DNA of 64,000 bases from Octopus vulgaris (Eukaryota), in NCBI GenBank assembly GCA_951406725.2, contig OX597835.1:9176001-9240000 (forward strand), written 5' to 3'. The notes under the pieces are model-generated. The model was not told the origin of the DNA and searched no databases. It worked only from the letters and a program-made list of their open reading frames with translations. The position numbers were made by a program, and so were the translations under genes. How positions within the stretch are numbered: position 1 is the first letter of the stretch; the number at the start of each line of letters is the position of its first letter. This document shows, one piece after another, positions 1 through 13,654 of the stretch.

Positions 1-62
<62 letters not shown>
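1..62. repeat. (TA)n microsatellite
   Basis: Pure TA run at window start; many similar runs follow (e.g. 3152-3235, 18033-18215, 31873-31938, 35260-35355, 39543-39634, 61535-61600). Confidence 0.98.
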
Positions 63-66
<4 letters not shown>

Positions 67-1716
67 GAGAGAGAGAAAGAGAGTGAGATGGAGGAAAGAA
101 AATAGATGTATGATATGTATGGGTATTGAATTCGTAAATCCGTTTTATAGGCATAATGGTATATATGTGTATTATTCCAATGTCCTTTGAGTAGAATGCA
201 AAAGTCCAAAAGAGTTTAACATGAGTCCATCCACATATAGAGTTTATAAGCAATGTAAGATTCTCTTAAAGTTGGTCCTTCCCAGTAGGGAATTTATATA
301 GAGTATAGCAGATTAAATGTTTGTATTTAAAGTGAACTAGAAATAGGGAGTATATTAGTATAGTTAAATTGAAAATAGGAAGCGAGGAATGACAAAAAAC
401 AAGGGGGCGGAAAAGGAGGAGAGAAAGAAAGATTGAAAGAGAAAGAAGAAAGAAGAATGGTAGAAATTACAAATTACAGTCTGAAATTAGAAAAGAAAAT
501 ATATATATATATATAAGCGCTTGCTTTTGTTTATTTGCCTGTGCCTTCAATTGCGCTATTCCGCTGATTATTTATCCCCCCCCCCCCCATAAATATCTAG
601 TGTGTGAGTAAACCCGTACCGTGTGACAACTGTAGTACTATTTGTATACGCACAACTAGTTTCTTCCGTGTTAAAAAATCGTGCTAAAGAAGCCAGCGAT
701 ATTATCGTAAAACTTGTTAGGTCTTTCACTATTTTACTCTAAACACTTTAAATTATTGATATAAAATTGGTCCCAAAATTTCAATGCAATATAAATATTA
801 TCTGTGTCATTCCAATACATTTATATTCCATAATAGATGATTATGCGCGGTGCTATCAGATAACGATCTGTTATCTAATTGAAATTTCTTTCACTTTCTA
901 CCCACGTATTGTTGTCATACCGTTGAACTTTTCCGTCAATATTTGTGATTCGCATTTTGCTTGCTTAAAAGTATTGCTTGAACGGCTGCAATTTAAACAT
1001 TGATAATTTGATTCAGATAATTCCAGCTGTATAAGTGATGTCTGCTTTGCGTCAAATGATTATTTTAAAAACCTTTTCTATTTTCTCGGATCTTAATCTT
1101 CTTAAAACATGTCTGCGGAGCGAATTTTAGATTTCAACAACATTTAACCTCGGCCATTATCTCTTCTGAAAGGCTAAACCGTGTTTTTGTGAAGAAATAA
1201 TAATTCACAATTTACAATTTCCCCAAGTTTCGGCCATTGAAATATACGGTGTCATTGAACCATATATTAAGAGATGTCATTGGAAACGAAATGTGAGCGG
1301 AGAAATGTCAGGTACAGAAATATAGCGATTAAAGCACGACTCTCTTATTTATAGTGACTTGTCTTAAACATTAGATCCGATAAATAATAAATGTCTTTCA
1401 TGGTGAGACGTCTTTAACTTAAGCTCAGATAAGTAAGAAATGCTTTTTAAATAGTTATTTCATGACAGCACCATATGTTCACAAATGTAAACTTTAATTT
1501 GGACATGAAGATGAATTGTGGTTACAAAGATGTACCTAGGAAGATAGATTGTGGTTTCGATAGATAAATAGATTATCAAAGAAAGAGAAGATACGATGGG
1601 AAGTTTTAATAAATAAATGTATTGTATTTTAACTATTTTTCAGTTTCTCGTGTCTGGACATTCGGCAGTCTTATAAAAAAATTGGAATACCTGATAGATT
1701 TCATTCTCTAAGTGAT

Positions 1717-2107
1717 GAATGGATGGAAGCACTCCTTCGGTTACGACGATGAGGGTTCGGGTTGATCCGAATCAACGGAACAGCCTGCTCGTGAAATTAA
1801 CGTGTAAGTGGCTGAGCACTCCACAGACACGTGCACCCTTAACGTAGTTCTCGGGGATATTCAGCGTGACACAGAGAGTAACAAGGCCGGCCCCTTGAAA
1901 TACAGGTACAACAGAAACAGGAAGTAAGAGTGAGAGAAAGTTGTGGTGAAAGAGTACAGCAGGGATCACCACCATCCCCTGCCGGAGCCTCGTGGAGCTT
2001 TTAGGTGTTTTCGCTCAATAAACATTCACAACGCCCGGTCTGGGAATCGAAACCGCGATCCTACGACCGCGAGTCCGCTGCCCTAACCACTGGGCCATTG
2101 CGTCTCC
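1717..2107 (-). mobile_element. tRNA-derived SINE, family A, full length
   Basis: tRNA-like head with A box (TGGCCCAGTGG) and B box (GTTTCGATTCC) on the minus strand; near-identical to other copies in the window; 12-bp TSD tctctaagtgat at 1705-1716 and 2108-2119. Confidence 0.92.
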
Positions 2108-2631
2108 TCTCTAAGTGATATCATCCTATCGAACAACCTCAGAAACATTAGTTATTCGTTATAATTGGTTTGTATAATTTATATTCGCCTTTAAACATCA
2201 CGAAACCTTCGTCACATTAGCATTTCTTTTCTTCCATGTGACGTTGGTAAAATTCGCTTTAACTCTTTTCTCTTAAATGAGGTTTCATTGCTGATCTCAC
2301 TACGGATCTGAAGAGATTTAATTTCAGAGCTGGTAGATTATGTTATGTTGTTGTTCTCCATTTGAACTTTACTTTAAACCGCTCACACATGTCACAAAAG
2401 TCAATGTGTTCCTGTCTATGACGTCTTGTTTTAGGAATGCGGTTTGTCATTTGGGCAATTTTGGATTTTCTTTGTGAGTTTATGATTTGCTTAACTCAGA
2501 ATCACAGGTGTCGGGCAAAAGCGATACAAACAACACTGAAAATAATTACCCTGTACGTCGACTAAGACATTTCGAAATTTTCCTTATTAAACTGCTTGTT
2601 GGTACATTTGTAGACAGAGATGGAGAATACC

Positions 2632-2853
2632 TATGTCTTTATTACCCACAAGGGGCTAAACACAGAGGGGACAAACAAGGACAGACATAGGTATTAAGTC
2701 GATTACATCGACCCCAGTGCATAACTGGTACTTAATTTATCGACCCCGAAAGGATGAAAGGCAAAGTCGGAATTTGAACTCACAACGTAACAGCAGACGA
2801 AATACCGCTAAGCATTTCGCCCGGCGTGCTAACGTTTCTGCCAGCTCTCCATC
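2632..2853 (-). mobile_element. tRNA-derived SINE, family C monomer
   Basis: Reverse complement of the repeat at 16252-16484; 17-bp TSD cagagatggagaatacc at 2615-2631 and 2854-2870. Confidence 0.9.
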
Positions 2854-3087
2854 CAGAGATGGAGAATACCGAGTGTTCTAAACTGCACTTTATGAATAAA
2901 ACCAAGAGAAAGTAAAGACAAGGAAAGCGGATGCTGCATGAATTCCGTCCAGACTAATTATTCTCCCATTTCGAAAATAATGAAATGATGAAGTATGTGA
3001 CAATCACTGACTAGAAATTTTTTGAACTTCATAAGAAATATAGAAAAAAAGAATGAACGTGTCTACATTATGTATTTGCTCCTCATA

Positions 3088-3162
3088 GGAGCAGGAGTGG
3101 CTATGTGGTAGGTAGCTTGCTTACCAACCACAGGGTTCCGGGTTCAGTCCCATATATATATA

Positions 3163-3241
<79 letters not shown>

Positions 3242-3352
3242 ATCACGTGACCGACCAGACCATCATATGGTGATACACATCGCTGGTCACAATGCGTTCG
3301 CATTGTTTTGGCCTTCGAATGACGCCACCCCGCTGGCTAAGCGAGCAGGCCA

Positions 3353-3392
<40 letters not shown>

Positions 3393-3620
3393 GTGAGAGT
3401 GTGTGTGTGTGTTTGTGTGCCTCTGTCAGTCACCCCGCCATCGCTTGACAACCGATGGTGGTGTGCTTACGTCCCTGTAACTCAGCGGTTACACAAAACT
3501 AACCGATAGGATAAGTACTAGGCTTACAAAGAATAAGTTCTGGTGTCGATTTGTTCGATTAAAGGCGGTGTTCCAGCGTGGCCGCAGTCAAGTGACTGAT
3601 ACCAATAAAAGAATAAAAGA
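3088..3620 (+). mobile_element. SINE family B, internally deleted and interrupted
   Basis: Head ggagcaggagtggctatgtggtag...ggttcagtcc, then (TA)n and a foreign insert; body and tail resume at ~3390 and match 34025-34450. Confidence 0.85.
3236..3355 (-). mobile_element. 5'-truncated retroposon 3' tail nested in (TA)n inside SINE B
   Basis: GC-rich ~120-bp island between two TA runs, ending (minus strand) in the short repeat cacgtgat x2, as SINE/LINE tails do; orientation inferred. Confidence 0.55.
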
Positions 3621-3909
3621 ATTATTCGTACATTTCTCATTCAAATTCATAATCATTCCAAATATTATGGAGAAATAATCATTTCAATTCTACTAATTCT
3701 TCACTAACGAGGTCAAATGCAGTGTAGATTCTAGGTGTAACTCGAACTTGGGTATAGATTGAGGAATATAATAGCATTGTCGTCTTATCAGTCGAACTTT
3801 CTGCCTTTTTTTTGTCACCCACCGCTGTTTCTACAAAGAAATAATTTCACACAACAATTGCAGGTAAAATTGATTTGAAATTTTGTCACGAAGCCAGCGA
3901 TTTCGTGGA

Positions 3910-4072
3910 TTGCATCGACCCCAGTAATCAACTGGTACTTATTTTATCGACCCCAAAATGATAAAATGCTATGTTGGACTCGGTGGAATTCGAACTCAGT
4001 ACGTGAAAACGGAACAAAATACCGCTAAGCATTTCAGCCGAGGTGCTCGTAATTCTGCCAGCTTTCCATCTT
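3910..4072 (-). mobile_element. SINE family C, older diverged copy
   Basis: atcgaccccagt...ctggtacttattttatcgacccc...aataccgctaagcattt matches family C with many substitutions. Confidence 0.75.
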
Positions 4073-4229
4073 AAACTGCAGATAAATTTAAACAACAAAA
4101 ATACAGGGACTAACAGTTTAAGCAACAATACCGGTAGCAAAGAAAGGAAAAATCCGCACCTGCTTTTGGAGAGGTTCTTTTATTCCATCAAAAGCTGCAA
4201 TAAAAACAGTTTCAAAAGATGCCTTCTAC

Positions 4230-4261
<32 letters not shown>

Positions 4262-4267
<6 letters not shown>

Positions 4268-4420
4268 GACAGGCTTCTTTCAGTTTCCGTCTACCAAATC
4301 CACTCACAGGGATTTCGTCCGCCCGCGAATACAGTAGAAGGCACTTGCCCAAGGTGCCACACAATGTGACTGAACCGGGAACCATGTGGTTGATAACAAG
4401 GTACTTACCATACAGCCATT

Positions 4421-4423
<3 letters not shown>
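4262..4423 (-). mobile_element. SINE family B, 5' half
   Basis: Reverse complement of the family B head up to its internal (TA)n; flanked by TA runs. Confidence 0.85.
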
Positions 4424-4485
<62 letters not shown>

Positions 4486-5240
4486 CATATTTTCATGAAA
4501 TCATACATATATATGTGTGTGTATTCGTGTGTGTGTATTCGTGTGTGTGTGTATGTGTGAGTATTCGTGTGTGGTGTGAATGAATCTGTGCGTTCGAAAG
4601 AAATGTCGTTCGAAAGACGTTTGCGTTATTAATCCTTTGTGGTATTTGTTGTACAATGAATATAGATTTGACGCTTGTCACTGTTATCTTGAGCAATGCA
4701 CAAAACCAGCAATTAACCGGCTGTGAACCTTCAAGCAACTAAGCAATCGTTGAGGGATTACAATATTAAAATAGATAATAAAAATTAGTTAAACAGGTGA
4801 TGATTTCCTTGTCATATGAGAGACGACAAGCAATTAGAAGGACGGACGAATAATCAGTTTCGAAGAAACAGAAATTTAAATTTTCATTGTCAAGCACTAC
4901 ACCATCAGAATTGGAAGGAAATATACCATTGAGACATCACCAATTCCCATTTATATTAGGAACATGTTTGCATTACATCATGCGAAATAATGAAGGTGAC
5001 CTGTAGATGTGACGTATGTGCCTCTTTAGAGGCAGGGCCCCTTGCGAGCTGAAAAAGCTTCAGCTGGGTCTTCAATGTTTTTAAAGAATACCATTCTCCT
5101 GAATCTTATATTTTGTGTTAGTTTCAGTACTTACTTGTACAAATATTCGCAATTATTTGGTTAAAAAACGAAGTGTAACTTGACTAGTTAATTATTAAAT
5201 AGCTTTATTACTATTCTTAGTTTCGTGTTCTTATCGACAT

Positions 5241-5573
5241 AAGGGTAAAGACCCCTTTCGGTCATGAATGACCATGGGATTGCACCTAGAAAGTTACCCT
5301 CCTAGACACACGTCCGGGAAAGGTTGTTTATGGAAGACCAGCAGTCGCCCATGCATACCAGCTTCCCCCTCTCCACGCCACCAATGTTATCCAAGGGAAA
5401 GACAAAGGTCGATACAGCTTGGCACCAGTGACGTCGCAACTCATTTCTACAGCTGAGTGAACTGGAGCAACGTGAAATAAAGTGCCTTGCTCAAGAACAC
5501 AACACGCAGCCCGGTCCGGGATTCGAGCTCACAACCTCACGATCGTAAGTTCGACGCTCTAACCACTGAGCCA
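5241..5573 (-). mobile_element. tRNA-derived SINE, family D
   Basis: Minus-strand head TGGCTCAGTGGTTAGAGCG...GCTCGAATCC; near-identical to 34928-35259. Confidence 0.9.
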
Positions 5574-5799
5574 TAAACAATGTTTAAATGTAACCTAAAT
5601 TTTGGAAGGAATATCGATGGTTAAGTTGAATATAATTTACAAGGAGCTTCTGAGTACGCTTTAATAACAGTATATCACCGTTTTCAAACCGATTAAAGGT
5701 GTGTTATTTCATTTAGATCTCCCAAGCAGATAAAATGCTGACTAAAGAAACGGAAAAGACACGTCAGATGTGCGGAACACAGTAATTTAGAAAATGAGA

Positions 5800-6721
5800 T
5801 ATTTCTAAATGCATTATGCACTTTCGTACACAAAATTTGTAAGGAAATTTAAGCCTCCAAGGAAACGTTCCAACTGTATCAAAGAGAAGAATAGTCGTAG
5901 GAAACGTGCGGATATTACAAGAACACCGCTATTCATGCAACATGTTCAACACATTATTGGTGTTAATTCTGGAAAGGCACTGAGAGTTAATATCAAATTA
6001 CTTCACATATCAGAGTGACCTGGCGGAACAGTCGTATGTACTAAAGAGAAGCCAATTAAGAACCTTAATTACACGGGGAAACCGTTTGATCCATATGACG
6101 TGGATTCTTAACAACGTTACAAATGTCAATGACATGTCGTGCTTTTGTTTTTCCCCTGATGTGAAAAACTTGAACAAGAACAATTTCTAACTGGGGAAGC
6201 AACAGATAGTTCTCAGGTTTCTCATAGTGATATACAGTGTTAACGCAAGTTTTAGGTGAAGCGATAACGATTGTCATGTAATGCAACTGTACATCTTTCC
6301 ACAGAGTTTTAAAATTAATGCTCCTAGACATGTCGATAGCCTGGAGACAGTTGTTTTGCCTGGGATGGATAATGTACGAACCAGAAGTCCATATATCTTT
6401 CAACAAGACTGCGTGCCTTTTCACAAATCAAGAACGGTTGTTAGACAATATCTATCATCCTATTAACCCGACCTGTCCTGAAACTCACAGTAAAGCTATG
6501 CTCAGGTGATATCCGAAACAAATAATAATAATTTAGTGCAGGAATTTTGGTCCCATAATGAAGCAGTCTTCAAATTTGATCAGAAGCCTAATCGATAAAA
6601 TATGCACAGTATTCTGATCAGAAAGCTTATCGAGAATATGTGCAAAATATTTTTTCTTAAATACGTTTTGTTGTTTAATTAAATTAGTGTATATATCCTC
6701 AGATACCTTTGGCACCCTGTA
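5800..6721 (+). mobile_element. degenerate Tc1/mariner-superfamily DNA transposon
   Basis: LETVVLPGMDNVRTRSPYIFQQDCVPFHKS resembles the second catalytic-D motif (FQQDxAPxH); 3' end ggcaccctgta is TIR+TA-like; multiple frameshifts; 5' boundary approximate. Confidence 0.7.
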
Positions 6722-9700
6722 GAATGTATTACTTAATTCCTCTCCGATTCTTCCCATTTTAAGGAACTCAATCGTTAATTAGTGACCGATGTCAGATATT
6801 TAAGATATTTGACATTCAAGTAATTATATTTATCCTAGAGAGTTTCGAGTTCAAATTGTACAAGGTTCTCAGTTGTATTCATATCCCTGCAGGTCTCATG
6901 AAATATATTTTATCTAAAGCAGCAGCAACAAAATGAAGTTTATTTCCAGTTGTATTTTGCACTCCATATGTTCTACAGTTTGATCCAGTAACAAATTAAT
7001 AATATTTCTAATAATACTGAAAGTATAACGTAAACATTACACGAGCTAGCATTGGTATCGAGATAGATATAGGCATCAAAATGTCAATAGTGTAGTAATA
7101 TTATTTTGCAACAATTACATTCTAAATGAAAAGTGTTACTGTATTGAAATTAAAAAAACATTACGAAAAACCGGAATTATCGAACGCAATAAAATTCTGA
7201 AAAAGAAAACCCAAAGAATTCTAGTGAACATAACAAGAATGCAATCGTTCGTCGTTTGAAAATAGTCATGAATAAACATGAAATTTAGCTAAGAAAATAT
7301 TTTTTAAAAAACCAACTGAATTAAATGTGTAATTGAAACCAGGAATCTTAAATATTGGAAAACACATAAGGCAGTAATTGAAAATCGTAAAATGTCTAGA
7401 TAAAACCAAAAATACATATATGCGTCTGTGGCTATGGTTTCTGTGCGCGTGTACGTGTTTGTGTGTGTATATGTATAACAAAATTATTCACACGTTTACC
7501 TAATTTCCACCATTTTGTTGCAAAATATTCAGTTTAAATACTCATTATATTTCTCAGTGCACATCGAGCAAGAACTCAGTAGGAGGCGATTTTAGTTTGA
7601 AAATATTTTTTGTTTTGTTTTAATACATACAATATAAGAACAGTCGTTTCTCGAAAATATATGACTCGAAACATACGTTTCCTAGAGATATATACAGTTC
7701 GCATGAAATGGTCAGTATATATCTAATTTTGCAATATTCCCGTGTATACTACAGTAAAGGCGCATATAAATTAATTGAGACTGAATGTGATGTATTCTAC
7801 AACACAAAACACTAGTCTAACTCTCTTGTGAACTATAAATTGTTATGGATGTGTCGTTATAAGCTGTAATCGGGTTAGGAAAGGAATATATTTTGTGTTT
7901 AATCAGATTGAACCTCTATACATTAACACTCTAACGCACTCCTGTAGAGACGTAAAACCGCCTCTTTTACAGCATAGACATTTAACATCAGTAAGATTAA
8001 TTTCTTATTGACTGATAAATTTGAGGGCGAAAACGCGTTACTTATAGCAATGTGAAATGTAACATAAATATCTTCCTTGTTAATTGTTGTCTTATAGTGG
8101 CTGTCAACAATATTATTGCTGACATAATGGCGACTGACTGACACAGTGGAAATATATCAAAGGCAAAGTAGCAGTCTTGTGGTGTTTTGTTTTCTTTTCC
8201 TTTCTTTTGGAATGCTATGCTCCACCTCGTAAACTGAAGAGCAGAAACGATTTTTGTAAACTAATTAGGCGTGTGTGTCTAGGGAAATATGTACCGGAAG
8301 TGGTTATGTTATTCTTATGACATTTGCGATCGGAATCTGTTTTACTTCAGTAATGTAACCTTGAGGAGTAAAAGGCCTATGTTCCAAATACAAATATAAT
8401 TGCTTATTTTTGTAATTAATTCTGAATTCAATTATATCCTGTATATAAGAAACTATATTTCGTTGCGATGAACTAGCATTTTAGTAGCCACCGGGTTTTG
8501 CTCAGTTAACCAATGTTGTGTTGTACATGTAGGTACGTGACTTTGTATACATATTGCGTTGAGCTTATAGTCTGCTGCAGAATAAACAATAGTTTATTTG
8601 GTTAAGAGTAAACTACAATTTTCTTTTTATTAACAAAACACTAAAGACACCAAAAGTAAAGACAACTAAATACTATGTCTGTGAATTGATGTGATGATAC
8701 AGGAAAAGATACATAAGAAAAATATTTGAAAATCTTACGTAAACAAGTTATACATAAATCGCCATGTATTCGAATCCATTCGGATTATCAATGGATTCTC
8801 ATTTGTAAAAATATATGGTGTCTTGTAAATGATTGTTGTCATACGGTAATTATAAGAACTGAATATAAAGCATAAGACTAAATATTTATCTTGCACAGAA
8901 ATATAAACAGGACTATATACATTAAATAAATTAAAATGCGATCTAATAATCTCCGTCATATCAGAATGTAGTTGGATCTCTTTTCCAGTTCGAATATTTC
9001 GGAGTGTTAGAAACAGAAACGTGATTGAGCTTCTTAAGAGCAGCAACCTAAAAATCTTACCTAGAAACACAGTGAAGACTCTTGTAGCTTTAGAGATGTA
9101 GAATCCGACAATACGCGCCTAGCATCATTTCTTTCCTTGTCCAAATATGCTCGTGTCTCAAGACGGTCAGGAATATGACCCTGTGCTGCCCAACAGAAAA
9201 CAATTTTGCTTATTGATTAAGCAACTCTCGTGCAGTTTTTTGATGAACACTACTCAGGTATTGTTTCAATATTAAATCTCTCAACCTTACAGCAATATCA
9301 TTACAGTTTCCTGCATCGGCTGCACACCAATTATATACATTGATACACATTTTAAGCTCGTTTCTTAATAATATTTTCCTAAGTTTTCGTATTGAGATCA
9401 CACTATGTTTAACCCTACTTTATATTTAGTCGTTGCTAATAATTATATGTAAAACATCACTATAAAATTAGATTAAAATATGAGTACAAAATTACAAAAT
9501 ACCTTAAATTCTTTGAACAAAGATTAATGTTGTTTCATTTAACACATAAAAATGATGTACAATTAATGTTACTATTCCTGTCTTGAAACTAAAAACGCTT
9601 CATAAGAATAAATAAAACTTAATTTATTATTATAAGAGAATAAAGAATGGGATTAGCACGTTTTTACATGGAATCATAAAAGCCTAAACGTTTGGCAAAA

Positions 9701-10354
9701 TATGGTGTTCCCTGCAAAGAGCGGAATATATAGAATAATACCTATTCTTGCGTAGAACATGAACATACATAAAATTAAGAATGCAAACCTTGCAAATTAG
9801 GCCATATTCCACATGAAAACCATGACGGCATCTGTGACCATTTAATAAATATGATTTGTTGTTTAAAGATGTCCGATTAACCGATATATTTATGGCGCTT
9901 GATTATATGCCGTCTAAATTTTATGTCATTTAATATCGTAATTCCCTTCTGTCGAGAGTAATTGGTCCATCAATATTTGCGGCGGTATATATTACTGGCA
10001 GCATATCTGTACAATGTCTTGGTTTATTACAATACGAAATACGTTTTGCAAACATAAACTTTGCATAATGGTCCCTACTTACAATGCCCCGAATAAGTAA
10101 AATGGGGAAACATTTGCAAAATGCTTCATCAACGATAATAAACAAACATGTCCAATAATATTTCATAATGAGATCAAAGAAAATTCTCCATCAATCTGCA
10201 CCGTTAAAAATACATATTTTTTTTTATATCAGGTAATTATGGAAAATATGGTAAGCGTTTATAGGTTTACAACAGACCAATGTCGCAGTACTTCATTAGT
10301 CATAACCATGCGAAATCACACGCACACAGATCCATTTAGATATATGTGTGTTCG

Positions 10355-10388
<34 letters not shown>

Positions 10389-10599
10389 CTTGGCTTTTGT
10401 GTTTCATTGTGTGTGTCTCAATGAACAACGTAATGATATATTTTATAAACACGCACACACACGCAACCACACTCACAAACACAGACGCATACACGTGCAT
10501 ATATACATGTGCGTGTGTGCGTGATATATATATATATATATATGCGTGCACACATAACACAAACATACACGCACTTTGAAAGAGTTGGACAAGTAAATG

Positions 10600-10653
<54 letters not shown>

Positions 10654-10676
10654 CAGACAGAAAGACAGATAGATAA

Positions 10677-10761
<85 letters not shown>

Positions 10762-10840
10762 GAGATAGATAGGTAGATGGCTGGCTGGCTGGCCGGATGG
10801 ATGGATGGATGGACTGATAGTGAGGCAGACAGACAGATAC
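10600..10840. repeat. (GATA)n/(GACA)n/(GATG)n compound microsatellite
   Basis: Direct reading; similar arrays at 30275-30450, 42800-42856, 43310-43540 (TATC) and 55010-55500. Confidence 0.97.
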
Positions 10841-12779
10841 ACAGATGAATGTATTACACCAGACTTTTAAAGCATGGGCATATGAAAAATCTACGAGAAG
10901 ATACATAGTTTAATATAAATATGTGTGTGTGTTCGTGTGTGTTTGTATGTGTGTGTGTGTGTGTGTATGTGCATACACATATATTCGCTTGTCTATGTCT
11001 GTGTGTACATCTTCATGTATTCATTGTTCATTGTATCTATTTGCGTTTTCTGTGGATCTATTTCTCTTTATTCAGGCATATCAATATTACGTGCGTCTGC
11101 CACAGTCTACATTGATGCCGCCGTACAAGACATTTCCGCTCTTAATTGTTGTCTCTTTTTATACATACACGACTGAAATAATTAATACGGGAGATAGAAT
11201 TCAATACATTTCTGGAATACCATGCTGGAATATACAAGCTCATTAGTTTTCATAAACTGCCATGCTCCACCCTGCTCCTACCCGATTCTTCCCGCAAATA
11301 CGTATTTCTATTTAATCAATTATTTAATACTACCCTTGCTTCACAACACCAACTTTCTCTATTCAGTGGCTTTCACTCCGATACGAATATTCCTTCACAT
11401 AAAAATAGTTTGCTTCCTTTCTACTTTTCCCGCTTTACATTTACAGATAAATTTGATTTTGGGCAATTCTTGTCAATATGGAAATGAAGATAATGTCCTC
11501 CTATAGCATGAAAGCGGTACTTACGAATTGTATCCCCCCTGAACCTCTCGTTTTAAGCGTTCAATTATGGTTTAAGATTAGGAATAATTTTATTATTCAT
11601 GGTTATGGACAAATAAGTCTACCTACGAATCACAGGACGTTAAGCAATTTTGATATGCCACATTAGAAATAATAGAAAACTATATTTCTTGAATGAAATT
11701 GTATGTGATTTTTCTCGGAGAAAAAGTTTAATGTGTAGAACATATCTTCTTGAGCTTTAAATTTGATCAATACACATTAAATGATACATGAATAGAGAAG
11801 CAAATTCGTGTATTTGGGTAGTGTAATCGATAGCTGGAAAATACTGGCTTTAGTTTAGCTGTATCCAATGAATAGAGAGGAAAAGAAGACACAATATTTA
11901 TTTTAACGACCATTGGTTGCACAAATAAATACAAGAGAATAAATGTAACGAGGAGGGTGTTGATATATTTATGGTTTTTAATGTCATAAATACACCTTGC
12001 TGTCGTTCAACACTTGAAATTGTCGCTGGAAGTCATTAGAGGTACAAGTTCTAAACTGAGAAACTGCAAGCAAATACACTCATACACACACACGCAAACA
12101 CACACACAGACACACACACATAAGAGCGCGCTTACACATATATACATGCATATGCACACAATCACGTATAATCCAACCGGCCATTACATTAAAGCGAAAT
12201 TTTAAGATTTTACCAGTTTAAGATATTCGTTTTGATTATACAACCCAATGAAAAGAAAATCTGTTGTTCTCTTAAAGAGTCTTTTATCAAATACATAACA
12301 GTGACATACAAGACAGATTTAGCATTCGTCGGTTGCGGAACTGGCGATTTATTTCCACGAACATTATTTTATATTCTATGAAATACGTGAAATATATTTG
12401 GTGAGCAATCGTAAATCGGTGTAATATGACTCCTCATCAAAGAATGAGCTGCCAATGAAATCGTATTTTATTTATCTTTTGAAAATCTTTTCTAAGATTA
12501 ATGTGTGTAATCTTTGGTGTTTAGATATAATTTCAATAGTGTTCGAAGAATATTTCTGTCAGGAATATTGATGTTAACACCCAATAACACGACCATAAAA
12601 TGCATACATGGACGTCGGACTATTCGCACACACAAAGCATATAAAATACATGCATAGTTATAATCACACATACAATTATTAGACGTATTCAAACACTAAC
12701 ACACGCGGCTAGTTGGACACACGTTGATATTCACACACATCCAATCGCGCGCACAATCCCGCGAGCACACACGCGCACG

Positions 12780-12810
<31 letters not shown>

Positions 12811-13278
12811 ACACACACATACACACACACACACGCACACAAAATACGATTGACTCTCACCGTCAATGTTGATGAATGATCACTCATTTCTTAGCTAAAT
12901 TGGACGAACAATTCGCTAAGTTTATATATGAAGTGGTTGAGTATCTCTCAGCTACAAGTGCCTATATTATAATTCTCACGTAGAATCAGCGTGATATGCG
13001 GTGGGGGTCAAAAGTTCAGTTTTGCTTCAATTACTGGTACAAGATCCCTTATAGCTTCCGAACGATGCAATTCATTCAGAGAGACGGGAGCGAACCCGAA
13101 TCTATTGTAGTGATACATGCACCTAAGTTGCCACACGTGGGAACGAACCAAAAGCCTGGTTGCAAAGCAGAATTGAGGCAACAACAATTTCTTGGTCCCG
13201 TTCAGTTGGAATGTATTGTATTGTTCTGTTTATGTCGAGTATGATTTGGCGGAAATATTTCTGCCTTACATGTTTGCC

Positions 13279-13654
13279 GTGGAGGCGCAATGGCCCAGTG
13301 ATTAGGGCAGCGGACTCGCGGTCATAGGATCACGGTTTCGATTCCCAGACCGGGCGTTGTGTGTGTTTATTGAGCGAAAACACCTAAAGCTCCACGAGGC
13401 TCCGGCAGGGGATGGTGGTGATCCCTGCTGTACTCTTTCACCACAACTTTCTCTCACTCTTACTTCCTGTTTCTGTTGTACCTGTATTTCAAAGGGGCCA
13501 GCCTTGTAACATTCTGTGTCACGCTGAATATCCCCGAGAACTACGTTAAGGGTACACGTGTCTGTGGAGTGCTCAGCCACTTACACGTTAATTTCACGAG
13601 CAGGCTGTTCCGTTGATTCGGCTCAACCGGAACCCTCGTCGGCGGAGTGCTTCC
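13279..13654 (+). mobile_element. SINE family A, full length
   Basis: Head gtggaggcgcaatggcccagtg; 11-bp TSD acatgtttgcc at 13268-13278 and 13655-13665. Confidence 0.92.

Noticed and set aside
1772-1975. Recurrent peptide MVVIPAVLFHHN... in several ORFs
   Set aside because: Incidental frame within SINE family A copies.
10336-10906. Long ORFs rich in YLSI/IYIY/CVCV (also 39532, 43266, 54995 and others)
   Set aside because: Translations of microsatellites that lack stop codons; not genes.
13279-13355. tRNA gene-like sequences
   Set aside because: They are SINE heads continuous with SINE bodies and TSDs; no free-standing tRNA cloverleaf.
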